DNA of 64,000 nucleotides from the human T2T-CHM13v2.0 reference genome, Homo sapiens. This document shows positions 15,116 through 38,859 of the stretch, piece after piece (position 1 is the stretch's first letter; each line of letters starts with the position of its first letter). Position numbers and translations under genes: made by a program. The stretch lies in NCBI RefSeq assembly GCF_009914755.1, contig NC_060929.1. One strand, written 5' to 3'. The notes under the pieces are model-generated. The model was not told where the DNA came from and searched no databases. It worked only from the letters and a program-made list of their open reading frames with translations.

Positions 15116-15410
15116 TCATGGACTCATGGAAAGGCTCCTCCATAGGGGAGGCCAGCTCCCTGGGCTGGAGAACTGCCTCTGTTGTCCAGAGACTCAGGGG
15201 GTCTGAGGATTCATGGACTCATGGAAAGGCCCTTCCATAGGGGAGGCCAGCTCCCTGGGCTGGAGAACTGCCTCTGTTGTCCAGAGAGACTCAGGGGGTC
15301 TGAGGATTCAGGGAATCATGGAAAGGCTCTTCCATAGGGGAGGCCAGCTCCCTGGGCTGGAGAACTGCCTCTGTTGTCCAGGGAGACTCAGGAAGTCTGA
15401 GGATTCAGGG
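15116..15410. repeat. ~95-97-bp tandem repeat, 3 copies (VNTR candidate)
   Basis: TCATGGAAAGGC...CCATAGGGGAGGCCAGCTCCCTGGGCTGGAGAACTGCCTCTGTTGTCCAG...TCTGAGGATTC in three units starting ~15116, 15211, 15308. Confidence 0.95.
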
Positions 15411-15699
15411 CTCTCAGTCTCATTTGTGCCTATCTGACTTGTCTGTCTCCCAAGTCTCAGGGTCCCACGTCTTTCTTGTGTGTGATGGACCCCGGCCACA
15501 TTGAGCATTCAATTGTCACTGCAGCTCTGCACCTTTGCAGTTCATCTGCCCTGCTGCTCAGGAGATGAAAGCACTGCCAAGGCTGCCGTGGAGCGTTGCC
15601 ATCCTCCACCTGCATGTGCACCTGGACGTGCTTAGCTGTCAGTTTCTCCTTATTCCTAGGGACACTAGCACTTCTCAAGCTTTCTGTGGGGAAGGGTCA

Positions 15700-16135
<436 letters not shown>

Positions 16136-16299
16136 TCACGATGCCACCGCAGGCCAGATGTCCCAAGTCCCATTTCTTTCTGGCGAGGAGGTGTGAGCTG
16201 TGTGTTCCTCAAATACGTGAGCAGCCAGATCCCAGAGACTATTTTGAGGATCTGTTTCCTGGGGCACATTCAAATATGGTAAGTTGAGGAGAGTTTGGT

Positions 16300-16980
<681 letters not shown>

Positions 16981-18411
16981 GGTGGAGAGTTTAATGAGAC
17001 ACTCTACCAAGGTGTGGGGAGGGTGCAGGAGAGCCCCAAGGAGAGTGCAGCCCTCCAGGGCTGTCCTGCTGGGGTCGGAGAGGAGCCACCTCCCAGGATC
17101 TGTGACCCTTAGCAAAGGAACAAGGCCAGCCCAAGGTGACCCTGCGGAGCCACTCCCTCTCAGGAAGGCCTGTTGGTCCCCCCTAGTGTCAGGCTCCTGG
17201 GGCAGGGTGTGAACGGCATCCGCAAGGCAAAGCAAAGTCATCTGGCACTGATTTCTTCCACTTCTGAATTCCTGGCTTGGAATTTGGGTCTCCTACAATT
17301 TCACGCTGTTTTGATGTAAGGAAGCTTGTGTCTGAACCAGACAGGTATTTACATGGTGCCCCGTGTCACTCCTTTGCGTGGGCCCTGGAGCCCAGCCACA
17401 GGAATCCCTCCGAGGCACAGTGCTTTTTTGGCTCTGTGGGTTGAGGAATTCGAGTACGAGTTAGTGCATGTGACTTAAAAACCGTGCATGGCGAAATCAA
17501 CCTGCAGCTAAACACGGGTGCATTTCACTTTCTCTCTCAACATCTAAAACTACCAACCAAACTGGGCTCATCCTAGGACTGTCTCCACTGTCCAAAGGGA
17601 AAGCTCACTCCAATTTCAACCATTTCTTCACAGGGGTCCCCTTTGGGGTCAGCCCTGGGTCCTAGCCTGGCTCCTGCGACTTCCCCCACCCCGACCCCCC
17701 AAGTTTCCTGACACAAGGTAGCCGCCTTCTTCCAACCTCCCTAGGGCAGCCAATCCCGCCCCCACCCCATCCCATCCCGTCATGAAAACTCTGTTGCCCA
17801 CGCCTCAGTCTGAATTTTGCTGGATTTACAGCACCAACACCACCCTGTGTATGCCGGCGTTGCGCAGAGTTACTCTGGCTGGGCCAGCCAGGGCTTGAGG
17901 ACGTTAGCCTTGAGGGCTGTGCTGTCTAGGTGTGGGCCCTGCAAAGTGGGAGTGATGCTGACCTTAGCGGGTATAGGGACATGGAGTTACATGGCAGGAG
18001 AAGCTCTCTCTGACGCCAGTTCGCCATGGGCGCCTCTCTGACACTAGCCCTATTTTATGTTTTTAGACTCAAAGAGGAGGCCACAGACTCAGAGACCTTG
18101 GCAGGCAGCAGAACATGTCATTAGAATGGAGTAAGTTTTGTTTTCATTGAATTAATGTTCATGGTTCCCTTCTATTTATGGGAAATGAATCTAGTTTTAT
18201 ATTTAACTTAGTGATGTAATACTGCATTTTAAAATAAGTTTATTTAAATGAAAACAGGGAGACACATTTTTAAAAAATCCAGGTGGTGAGTAAACATAGC
18301 AAATGCTGACCATGGCAGGCCTGATGTACTTGGGAGTCAGCTGGGTGGCTGTGTCTTGCAGAGCGCCTCCCATGCTGGTTTCCCCACCTACACCCTCACC
18401 CCTTGCAGTGG

Positions 18412-18855
18412 GTGTTAATTTCCAGTGGCTGCCATAACAAGCTGCTACAAATGGGTGACTCAATGGCAACACCTATTTATCTTTGCACTGTTCTTCAAGC
18501 CAGAAGTCCCAAATCAAGGTGTCAGCAAGGGCCTAGGGGAGAATCCTTCTTGTCTCTCCCAGTTTCTGGCAGCTCCAGGTGTTCCTTGACTTGTGGATGC
18601 ATAACTTACATCATTACCTTGGTGGTCCGTGAGGGTCTCCTCTTCTCCCTGTGTCTCTCCTCTGTGTCTCCTCTAAGGACACATGCTTGCATTTAGGGTC
18701 TACCTGGATAATCCAGGATGCTCTCATCTTGAGATTATTAAATTAACTACACCTGCACGGACTCTTTTTTCAAATAAGGTCACGTTCACAGGTTCTGAGA
18801 TGTAGACACATCTTTTTTTGCGGGGTGAGAGGGTCGTAATTCAACCCACTCCAAG
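18412..18855 (-). mobile_element. MLT1B/C-type MaLR solo LTR
   Basis: TGTTAATTTCCAGTGGCTGCCATAACA...CCAAATCAAGGTGTCAGCAAGGGCC...AAATAAGGTCACGTTCACAGGT...AATTCAACCC. Confidence 0.8.
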
Positions 18856-18999
18856 TGTGTTCTCCACATGCAGACTTGGACTCCAGGTGTTGTCCGGCCT
18901 CTGCTCGGAGCTGCAAGCTCAGTGCCCCCTCTCCCACTCCCCGGCCACTCTCCTGTTCAGTGTCTTCACTGCAGCTGCACAGAACGGCTGGCCCCTGCG

Positions 19000-19350
19000 T
19001 GTTTCTGCTCCATGCCAGGCCTTTCCCCCCTCGGCCTGGAGCTCTCTGTCCGCCCCCGGGATCCTGCAGTCTGCTCCGTCACTGCTTCAGGTCTTTGCTC
19101 CCGTGTTACCTTCTCAGTGAGACTTTCCCCAAGCGCTGAACACTGTACATCCTGCAGCCCCAACCCCGGGTCCTCACCTCCCTCCTTCCCTCGCCCTCGG
19201 TGCACGGTGTGTGTTTATGTCTGCCCCCCTCGCTGAAGCCTGAGCACTGTGAGCGTGGGACGTTTTGTCCGTTCTGTCCACTGCTGTAGTCCGAGATTCT
19301 AGACCGTGCCGGGCCCACAGTGGGTGCTCAGGAAGCACATGTCGACTGAG
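19000..19350 (+). mobile_element. L2 3' fragment
   Basis: TTACCTTCTCAGTGAGACTTTCCC...TTTTGTCCGTTCTGTCCACTGCTGTAGTCC...CTAGACCGTGCCGGGCCCACAGTGGGTGCTCA. Confidence 0.65.
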
Positions 19351-20229
19351 GAATGCGTGGGGCTGGGAAGGAAGGTAGAGTCGGGGGTCAGGGGGCAGCT
19401 GGCTCCGACCAAGCCCGATGACTCTCGGTGGAGCCTCAAACCCTGGACCTGTGGGGGCGGGTGGGCTGCCAAGTCTGAAAAGGAGAAATTGGTCTGTTTA
19501 TACATAAAGATACTTCTGAATGGTTTCTCTGCTCTCTCTTTTAGGTAAAACTCCAAGTAACACCAACTGAAACTTACCTTTTTAAATTGCTTTTTTATTG
19601 CATATTTTTTAATGGCAGCATGATGTTCCTGTCCTCAGGGTGGTACCTGTGAGCCGGGGAGGTGGCTTGGAGAGCCTTGGAGCCGTCTTGGTGACATGCG
19701 GGAAGCTTCCCACCCTGAAAACCGGAAGCCAGTTCTTGCCAAAATTTTGAAGATGAACACAGAGACCAGTTCAAACTTGGAACTTGTAGGCCCTGGAACA
19801 GAGAAGGCCCCTGGTCTGAGAACCCCTTGCTTTCTTCCGGTGGAGCCGCTGTCTGGGCCAAGCCCTTCCTTCTCTGGTGGGGAGTCCATGGTCTGGCCCT
19901 CGCTCCCTCATTCTTTTCCTGGAGGAAGAAAAGAAACTTTGTTCAGCAGAGTCCCAGCACCTGGTCCTTCCAACTGCAAGCCTGCCTTCCGTGCCCCTGA
20001 CCTTAAATAAGAAGGCGCCAGGAAAGGTCCACCTCCAGGGCCGGGAACAAGATACCTACCCCAAGAATGTACCGGCGGGGAGGGAGATGGATGGGAGTGG
20101 GCTTCCTACAGGGTGAAGCCCGACAGGCTGGCCCGGCCCCTTCCTGCTCATTCTCAGGAACACACCTGACTGCTGCCCCTCCCGTTTATCCAGGACTGAG
20201 GGAGCCTCAGGGCCCAGGAGGCTGCAGTC

Positions 20230-20350
20230 CTCAGACTGTGACCTTGCGTAGGTGACTTTGTTTCTGAGCCACAACCTCTTATCTGTAAAATGGGTTAATG
20301 CTACCCCAGGTGGTGGTGACAATTCAGTAAGCCGTGCGTACAAGGCACCT
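20230..20350 (+). mobile_element. MIR fragment
   Basis: CTGTGACCTTG...TCTGAGCC...TATCTGTAAAATGGG. Confidence 0.65.
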
Positions 20351-22910
20351 GCCTCGACTGGCCCCCCAAGCAACACCAGAGCCTGACTCCCACTCCATCT
20401 CTGCTTATTCCTGTAGACACGAGCTCAGTCTGACAACCAGAACCGTCAGATTTCTTGGGTAATAAGGGAGTCCCAGCAGCTGTTTCTCAGAGCAGTGAGA
20501 GGATCCAGCCTCCACCCACCCTGGGCCAGGCCTCCGCATTCCTCCTCGTCTTCAACGGGGCGCTGCTTCCGCAGCCGCCTCTCCACTCCAGCCTTGGTGG
20601 GTCACCTCTCCCAGTGCCCCCGTGTTACCATAATGGCCAGAGGAGGGTCCCAGAAAGCCCGGGGGATGCGTCTTCCCCATCAAGACCTCCCGAGGAGCCC
20701 TTTCACCTCTCTGAGCCCCCGTGTCCTCCTCTGTGAGGACAGAGCTGTGGCCACGGTGACCCACATGCTCCTTTGCCACTGCTGCCTCCTATCACTTCCC
20801 TGCTGAGCCCAGTTCAGGTCCCTTTCTCCTCTGCAAAGATACCACAGCCCCCAAATCTGCACGTCTTCTCAGTTCCCTGCCCAAAGCCTGGGTCTCACAG
20901 CCCCTGCCCCTTTGCCTTTCCCAGCTGTTTCCTCGGGGCCAAGACTGGCCTTTCATGCCCCCCACCCCCAGCTCTGTTTGCTTTCCTGGCTGGGTGCAGA
21001 CGGCAGGAGGCCCCCACTGTCTGCTAATGACTTGCAGACATGGCCTGGAGTACAGCTGAGCAGCTGGACCAGGCTGGGGCGATGGGAGCAGGGCTGGCAG
21101 GGCTGGAGGGAGAGACGGGGTCCCTTGGGAGGAAGGAGAAGCTACAGAAAAGGCCATGTGGTCAGGACCCAGCCTGCCATGAGAAAGATGCAGGTGTGCT
21201 TGCTGAAGCTGGGGCTTGTGAGCCCCTCCCTGCTGACACTGTCTGGTTCCCTGTAGCCCCCCATGGGCCCTGCCCTGTCCTGCCTGGCAGCTGTGTCTCT
21301 GTGGCTTGTCCCTGCATCCCACCTTGTGTCTCACTCCCCCATGGCTTTGCTTAGGCCGTGCCCTCGTAAGAAACACTCTCCTTCACGCTTAGCCGCTCTG
21401 TTAAGGCCTACTCTGGGAAATTCTCTATGCCTGAGGTCCTCTGGCCTGCAGGTCCTACCCCTTACTGTGCCTTCCACGGCCTCTTCTGGCCCAGGGCTCC
21501 TGCGGGCCAGTTTGGCCCCAGCCTGGGTTCCTCAGCCGGGGTGGGGAGGTGCTTGTGAGTGGAACCCTCACCTCTGCAGTTTGTGAGGTCGGCCTCTTTT
21601 GAACCACAGGGGAGAGGACCATTTCCCAAAGGAAAACCAGGAGGACGCTGTCATCACGGAAGGAAGAGCAGAGAGAAAAGTGCTGGGTTCTCGGTGATAA
21701 TTGTCTGAGCAGCTGGAACAAGCCTCACCTGAAGTCTACCCTGGGCTTTACAGGTACATGATCGAATACATTCCTTTTGCATTTAAGTCAGTGTTATGTG
21801 ATTTTATGCCACTGCCATCCCAAAGATTCCTGAGGGACTCTTGGCCTCCCAAACCAGGAGCCAAATGTAGGCCATGGCGGGAAGCAGGGTGAGCAGGAAG
21901 CTGGATGAAGCAGAAGCTCTCACTGAGAAGTGGAGGGTAGGGCCAGCACTGCTGGGAAACACCTGGCAAGGGAGAAGAAACCTTGGTGAGGGCCAACACC
22001 ACAACTAGAAGGGGGCAGTATCTCTGTGTAGATGCAGAATGGAATGACCTCCCAACCAAAAGTGTCTGTGTGGCATGTAGGGTTGGGAAAGGAGAGAGCA
22101 GCCCCCAGCCACTCAGGCTTCAGCAGAAAGGCGTCTCTGTCTGGTGGTTTTGAACACTGAAAGCAAGACATAGGAAGCTGCAAGAGTGCACGTGGGGCAG
22201 TCCCCATTCTGCCAGGGGCCAAGGTTTCTGGGCCCAGCAGCTCTGCCTGCAGATGGCCAAGCCTGCTGTCCTGGCCTCAAGGCTGGACCTACAATCATGG
22301 GCAATTGTTCCCCCAATGGGAATGCCAGTCACACCGAAATGAGGCTGGGATTTTCGGGAGGGAGGGGCCCACTGCAGAGCTAGAGGCACTGATCTGGGTT
22401 CAGAGGCTGACTGGCCACAACCTGGGCACAGGAGGGTCTTGATTTGAAGACATCTGTGGCCTTTAGGTCCCACGAAAGTTAGGGCTCAGATGTCTGGGGC
22501 AACCCCCTGAAGATGACAGGTGTCTTGGACAGCCTGAGGGTGCCCAAAACAGCATGGCTGATGCTGCATGCATCCTCACGAGGGTTATGTGGCTGGATGG
22601 CACAGGCCCTGACTTCCCGTGTAACCCTCTTCTTCTCTCCTCAGGTTGGCCCACAGCAGGCGGTACATGCTGGGCAAGTGGCGTGTAGTACGCCAGACTC
22701 CACAGAACCATCCTATCCCGTGTGGTGGGGTGAGTTGGCGCCTTTGTTACTTTTTCCAGCTGAAAATTATATTCAGGAAATGACAGAAGCTTAAATAAGA
22801 CAAGTGCATTTGGATCTCAGGTAAGTGCAGTCTGGGCTTAGGCAGGCCACAGGCAGGGAGGTGGCTCTGTGTCGCCAGGCTCCTTCTACCTTCCTGCTCC
22901 ACCGTACTCA

Positions 22911-23348
<438 letters not shown>

Positions 23349-23549
23349 CTAACCCCCATACATACTGTCTTTCTAAGGCAATGGCATGTAATTAGAATTT
23401 AATACTTTCATTTTGTTTGTATTTTTATGATTGCATTTAATTTATGGCAAGTTATTAGAAAATTAAAGCCAGTAATATACAAAAAAAAAATTACACACAC
23501 ACAAACATCATGACCAAACAGGGCTTGTTCCAAAAATAAGAAGTCACTG

Positions 23550-24441
<892 letters not shown>

Positions 24442-24447
<6 letters not shown>

Positions 24448-25074
24448 GAGTGGAGGGAGGACGGTGGGGGAGAAGAGGTCCAGAAGAAGAAGGTCGGGAA
24501 GAAGAGGATGGGGGGAGGGTGGGAAGAGGGAGTGGGGAGAACGCGGTAGGGAAGAAGATGATGGGGAAGAAGAAAGTTGGACCGGGTGAGGGAGTCGGGG
24601 GAAAGATGGTGGAGAGATGGGGTGGAGAAGATGGGGGGAAGAAGACGGTGGAGGGAGAAAGAGAGGGGAAGGTGGGGAAGAAGGTGGTGAAGACTACGGG
24701 GAGGTGGAAAGATGACCTTGGGAGGACAACGCTGGGGAGACGGAGTGGAGAGAAGGCGGTGGGGAAGGGCAGGTGGGGTGAGGGGCGGGGAGAAGGCTGT
24801 GGGGAAGAAGACGGTGGAGATGGGGAGAAGATGGTCGGGGGGGAGAGAAGTTGTTGGGCAGAACAGAGTTGGGAGAAGGGGAAGGACGTGGGAAGGGAAG
24901 AAAAAGACGGTGGAGGGAAGAGAAAGAAGAGGCTGAGAAGAGTTTGGGGAGAGGGAGTGGAGAGGGGACATTGTGGGGAGAAGATTCTGGGAGAACATGG
25001 TGGGGAAAAGGCGGTGGGGAAAGAGAGTGGGAGTTAAGGAGAGGAAATAAGAGGGAGGTGGGGAAGAACATGAT

Positions 25075-25084
<10 letters not shown>
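24442..25084. repeat. Purine-rich (G/A) low-complexity tract, degenerate GGGGAAGAAGA(C/T)GGT units
   Basis: ~640 bp dominated by G and A on the + strand; recurring AAGACGGTGGAG. Confidence 0.9.
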
Positions 25085-26633
<1,549 letters not shown>

Positions 26634-26813
26634 TTATATGAAGTTCAAGAACTGTCAAGACTATTGTATAATGATAGAAATCAGAATAGTAGTTGCCTCT
26701 GGGGGAATATGGGTATGGATTGGCTGGTCTGGGGTATAGGAGAGCTTGTTATTTATATTGATTTAGGTTGAAGTTACATGGGTACACTCATAGATTAAAA
26801 TTCACCACCTGTG

Positions 26814-27273
<460 letters not shown>

Positions 27274-27287
27274 TTAAGATTTATTCA

Positions 27288-28305
<1,018 letters not shown>

Positions 28306-31210
28306 ATCAAGAGCCAGAGAATAGCTAGAATTCCCTATGCTATCTTTGCAGTAAATGTCTTGTTTTTTTAACATGGCCTGGCCTAGTCTCTGACCCTGGC
28401 AGACAAAGTAATTCGTTCTTGAGGTGTGAGGACCCGTCAGACTTTCTGCCAGGAACCACAAAGTGGCTGTGCGTGCACCAGAATGGACAGCGCTCGTGCC
28501 TGTGTGCTGCCAGCTGCCTGCCTGCCATCTCCTGGGCCTCAGACTCTAGTTCCAGCAGGTTGAAGGAGTCAGGACTCCACTTGGTTTCACATGGCAGAAC
28601 CCAGGGGAAAGGAGTAGAATTGGGGCTCCCTCCCACTTCCATCAGAAAACTCCAGGGCCCTCTTGCTCCACCCGATCCCTGTGCTGACACCTGTCAGCTG
28701 GCCCTTCCCCCACCTGGGCCATGGGGCGCTCTCCAGCACCCTCTCCCCCACTGCTGCCCTGCGTCTAGGTTCACGGCCCTCCCACCCTCTCTCTGAGGCC
28801 CCTCTGGCACTCATTCCTTGTGACCCCCTTCCCTGGGCACCATGGGCCCTTCTCTGAGAGGCCCATGAGCAGTAAGGGCGGGACAGGGCTACCAGGGCTG
28901 GCCATCCCCACTCGGTCTCTCTGGCTATTTCCTTCTGGGAGCGCCCTCGGGCGGGCTCTCCACAAGTCTGTCCCTATCCCGCAGAGATGCTGAGCTGCAG
29001 TGGGGCTGTAGGACAGCTGCTGGGAGGGTCTCTCAGCCTCAGGCCAAAGTGGTTCCCTGACGTTCCTGATTGCAAATTACAAACAGCTCTGACCCCCTTG
29101 TCGCAGTTGAAATGGGCGTCCAGAGCGACGGTGCGGGAAGCCGGTGAGTAAGTCAGAGGCTGTCTGAGCCGGGAGGACGGCTGTGCAGCCCAGGAGGGAG
29201 GAAACGATGGTTCTGTGTCAGAGCCTCGTAAACAAGCATGACCTCACGCTCGTCCCGCACACACCCCTCTGAGATCAGGCAGACCCCTCCTGTCCCCTGG
29301 ACCTGCTGCACATGGGCGCTGACGCCACAGGGCCTCGCTCCTGGGGGTGGGCCTGCAGCTTGCGCAAGGAGCACAGGGACATGGGCGGCTCAAGGAGGAC
29401 ATGCCGGCCCTGCCCCGCGAGCCACGGATGAGAAGTACTCGACGTTTGTGTGTGCCAGGCCTAGGCGTAAGTGCTGGGGACACGGAGGGTGGCCCTTGCC
29501 TCCGGGATCCCTGGTGGGGACACGGTCGTGAATATTTTAGCACAATACAGAGCAGCCAGCCAGCAGCATAGCAGGGAACGTCCAGGCACAGGGCACTCAG
29601 AAGAAAGGGAATTATTCTGCCTGTGGGTCAAGGGAAGGTTTTGGAAGGGGAAAATTTGTCCACTGTGTCTTGAAGGGGCTTGCCAAAGAAAGATAAGGAA
29701 AGGGATTCCAGGCTGGGATGCCAAGAAGGGCTGTCTGGGAAAGGCCAAGTTCAAGGGCCAAAGGACTGGGACCCTGGCCACGCTGACCCCTCTGCCCCGA
29801 GCTTCTTCTGTTTCTCCTCCCAGAGGGACCCCAGGAGCCACACAGATTCAGTGCAGCTGAGCACTCCACATCCTGGGTCCCCAGTGCTCAAGGGTGACAG
29901 GTGAGGCCCCACCTCACCAGCTTTCGGATGGGGACCCCTCCCATCCAGGGAGGTCCCTGAGGCCGTCTGGCTCTGACAGTGAGGAAGCCTCCTTCCTGCC
30001 CATCCCTGGCCTGCCTGCCCCCCGTGTGTCATTTCCAAGTGCTCGCCACTCTGGCCACAAACCCCAGGCCAGGAGGCGGCTGCCAACCTCGCTCAGGTTG
30101 CCTTGGGGCCTCCATTATCCCCAACCTGGGCATGAAGGAGAAAGGTGAGGACCCAGCAGCATGGCCCCACTCAGGGCCTCTGCAGTCACCCCCTCCCAAC
30201 CTCCATCCATCCTGCACATGTCCACAGCTGGATGGTGGGAGGGTGACTTCCCTTGTGCAGGATCAGGGCACGGTTGGAACTTGGTGGAGCCTTGACTGGA
30301 GCTGGGGAGGCTTCGGTGCGACCTGGCTCTTCTGACTCCCGTGGGAGAGTCACCGTGGTGGCCTGTGCTGGAGAATCAGTAGCCGCTGGGGCTGTGGCCA
30401 ACTGGGAAGGGAGGTGACTATCTGCAGGGGTGGCTGCTGCCCAGCACCACCCGCCTGTGGCTTCGTGGAACTACAAGTCACATGTGGCCAGACCACAGAG
30501 CCGGCCCCACCCCATCTTTAAAGAGAGGCTGGAAATTCAGATATTAGGTAAATGCCTTCTGATGTTAACATGTAGCAACCAGTTCAAAATGTGAAAATGC
30601 TCCATGAGGGCCAGTTAACACAAGTCTGTGGGTTGGCGTGGCCTCCAGTGGCCATCTGCATCCTCCGCTTTTCACTGAAACATTGCCCCAGTTTACAAAT
30701 GAGGCTACTGAGGCCCAGAGACCCACGGTGACCGCCCACGGGAGGCAGAGCCAGGTGTAGACATCCTCCACTCCCTCTGCCTGAGTCGAGCTGCCCCTGT
30801 GAGGGCTGGATGGTGGCCACCAACCTGGCTGCTCAGTGAACTGCCACCCCTTCTGGGTGAGCCATGCAGAGGACCTCATTGGAGTCCTGCCCCCAATAAA
30901 CACCTGGGGACATGCTTCCAAAGCCCAGGCCGGGCCTTAGAATAGTTTGCAGGCGCTGGGAACTGATTCCCCTCTTGGGCACAGGAGAACAGACCAATGG
31001 GGGCCCCGGGTGCCCCAGGCCCATACACCCTGCATGCACAGGCTGAGCCCTTCAAGGTGCTCTTCCCCTTACCAAACCCCCAGCCTCCCTTCCTTGTGGA
31101 CCCCATCAGAGCTGACATGCCAACAAGCCAGGACCCACAGCCTGGACCTGTCTTAAGGAGGCTGCCAGGATCACCTCTCCAGGCCCTGTCTGCTGTTCCC
31201 GACATAGTGA

Positions 31211-31738
<528 letters not shown>

Positions 31739-31932
31739 TCACTGAACTATCTCATGCATTCCAATAACAGTCCTCTGAGCTAAGTCTTATTATTTTTATT
31801 TTTGTTTACAGATGGGCTGGAATTGCTCATGGCAACACTGGGATTCAGAGCAGCACCAACACTAGGAACAGTGTTATCTGTCCTCCGAGTCCGTGCTCTT
31901 AACTGTTATGTGCCCTCCCCTCATGGCCTTAG

Positions 31933-32366
<434 letters not shown>

Positions 32367-32399
32367 GAGGCTTGTGGAGGCATTTATAAAGCATCTGCC

Positions 32400-33205
<806 letters not shown>

Positions 33206-34098
33206 ATAAAGCATCTGCCCATGGCAGGCACGGGGGGTGGCCTCAGCCATGGTGTCCAGAATGACCTGTGGGGCTTCAGCCTGTTCCTGCTTTCCCCATG
33301 GGTCCTGTCCTCTCTTCTGAGCAGGGATGGGTTTTGACCTCCACCCTCAGTTCTGCCCTTTGCTTCCCTGAGTTTAGCATTCTTTCCCCATGGCTTCTTC
33401 AGAGCTGACCCCCCACCAGAACATCCCTGATCAGGGCTGGGCCCTGTCCCTCACCGGGGACACAGAGTAAAGAGGCTGACCTTGACCCAACAGGTGAGGT
33501 CGGTCAATTCCTCAGTCCAGCCTACCCTGAGAGTGAGCAGGTGTGCTCCTCAGACAGGGGCGCATACCCGGAAGGCTGCCAGGTCCGACTGGGAACTCCT
33601 CCCTTTGCATGTGCTGAGGTCAGGCCTTCAGAAGCTGCCCCTCTGGTCAATGCTAAGACAGTGCTTCCCCATCCCAGGAGGTCCGTGTATCTAGGCTAGT
33701 CCTAGGGGGCCTGAGTGCTGGAGATGGAGTCGGACCCTGGGACGAGGCAGCCTGAAGCCTTGGGAAGAAAGGAAGAAGTGTGGGTCAGACTGTAAAAGTC
33801 ATTGAATAAAGAATGTATGAACACATGTTGCCCCAGCGCCCCCAGCGGAGGACCACCAGGACCATTCCCTCATTTAAGCTTGGGCTGCCACTGGGGAGTG
33901 CACACAGACGGGAAGGACTGAGTTGGGAGAGGCCTCTAGGATGTGGGCTCATGCTGGGTGAGCCGAAGGAGGGTTTCCAGGAATGTAAGTGGGTTCTGAA
34001 TTGGGCGCCATCCGGAAGCAGGGGAAGTTTGATGATTCTTCATAACATTTACCTAGGAGATGGGAAGAACAAGAAAGATTAATGTTGTTATTGGGTTA

Positions 34099-34746
<648 letters not shown>

Positions 34747-35054
34747 AGCAATTGTGTCCCAGGGGAGTCAGAGAGGGACCCTTTGGAGTTGATGTGGTTG
34801 TGTGCTTGCCTTGCCCACGTATTGTGATATTCTGCAAAAGCAGTTCATATTCATTTGGAAACATTATGGCCCCTGTGGCAGCTTCCAGCTGCCAGTCCGT
34901 TTTTCACTTTCTCAGTGTGTAATCCAAGTAGCTCCATGTTTTCCTGTTCTCTGGGGTCAGCTTCTCCCCCTTCTTTTCATTTCCAAGTGAAAAATTCCAG
35001 AATGGTCCCCAATAGCATATTTGTAAGTATTCCTGGGAAGCATGGACACATTTT

Positions 35055-35600
35055 GCAACCTCGATGGTCCCCAGCGAGTCATGCCTCCCAACATTCACAC
35101 CCTCGTGTAGTCCTCTCCTCTAGAATATGCGCTGAGCCTGTGTCGCTTGCTTTAACGGACAGAATGAGTCAGAAGTGACACAGGGCCAGTTCCAGTCCTA
35201 AGCCTTGAGAAGGCCTGGCAGTTTCCACTTTTGCACCCTCGAGAGCTGTCATGTCAGAAATAAGATGTAAGAAGTCCGGCTCTCTGCTGGAAAGATGACC
35301 CAGAAAGGCCACTTGGAGAGGGAAACGTCCTGAGACTATGAGGAGGAGAACCAAAGAACTCAACTAACAGTGGGAGCCGAGGCTTCCCAAGTACGACTGC
35401 GGCTGAGCCACCCCTGGCAATCGGAGCAATCTTAGCCAAAGCACCAAACAGATGAAGACACCACCCTGGGCATGCCAGCCTCAGCAGACATCACATGGAG
35501 CAGAGATGAGCCATCCCGCTGGGCTCCGTCTGGACTTTGGACTGTCTCAGTCTTCACTGTCCTTTGATGGAGGTTTGGCAGCAGTGTTTTGCTGTATCTT
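35055..35600 (+). mobile_element. MLT1F/G-type MaLR LTR
   Basis: ATGGTCCCCAGCGAGTCATGCCTCC...ATTCACACCCTCGTGTAGTCC...CACATGGAGCAGAGATGAGCCATCCC. Confidence 0.65.
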
Positions 35601-35624
35601 AACATTCTCTTAACTCTATCATAA

Positions 35625-36065
<441 letters not shown>

Positions 36066-36389
36066 TGACCAACCTCCACTGGCAGCTGCCCCACAGGAAT
36101 GAGGATTACAGCTGCCCAGCTTCCAGCTTGTCAAGGGAGGCCAGCAATCTCAGTGTGCATGTGATTCTCCCGAGTTCTAAATGCCGGTGCAAAATGTTTT
36201 GAAACAGTGTGTAGGCCATCCCATGTCCAAGGAGGGGAAACACAGCAAGCCTACGTGCAGGTTGATTGTGGCTTGTGATTGATCACTTTGTCCCCTCTCA
36301 TCTAGAGCACATGTTCTCAACACATAATATTTAAAAGTATTTTCATTTCAGAAAAACACACACAAGCTTTTCATACTCCCTGAGGTCTT

Positions 36390-38552
<2,163 letters not shown>

Positions 38553-38859
38553 TGTGCATGAGTTTTATCATTGGCTTCTGTAAGCTGTGAAAATACATAT
38601 TCCTTTAAGGGTCTCGAGCACATTATGGCAAGTCTTGGATGTGTCCAGAGTCTGTGTTATGAAAACAATTCTTGAATATTCTCACTAAATTAGATTTTGA
38701 TGGATACTGGCGTCTGGACGTTACTTGGGAATAATTTAAATAAAGCCAAAGTTGCTCTGGGCCGTTTTGCCAGCCTGACCCTGCAGAGGTGCTCACTGTG
38801 TGTCTGCTGGCCCTGGTGGGGCTAAGGGGGAGGCCGGAAGTGTCACCTGGGGACTAGTG

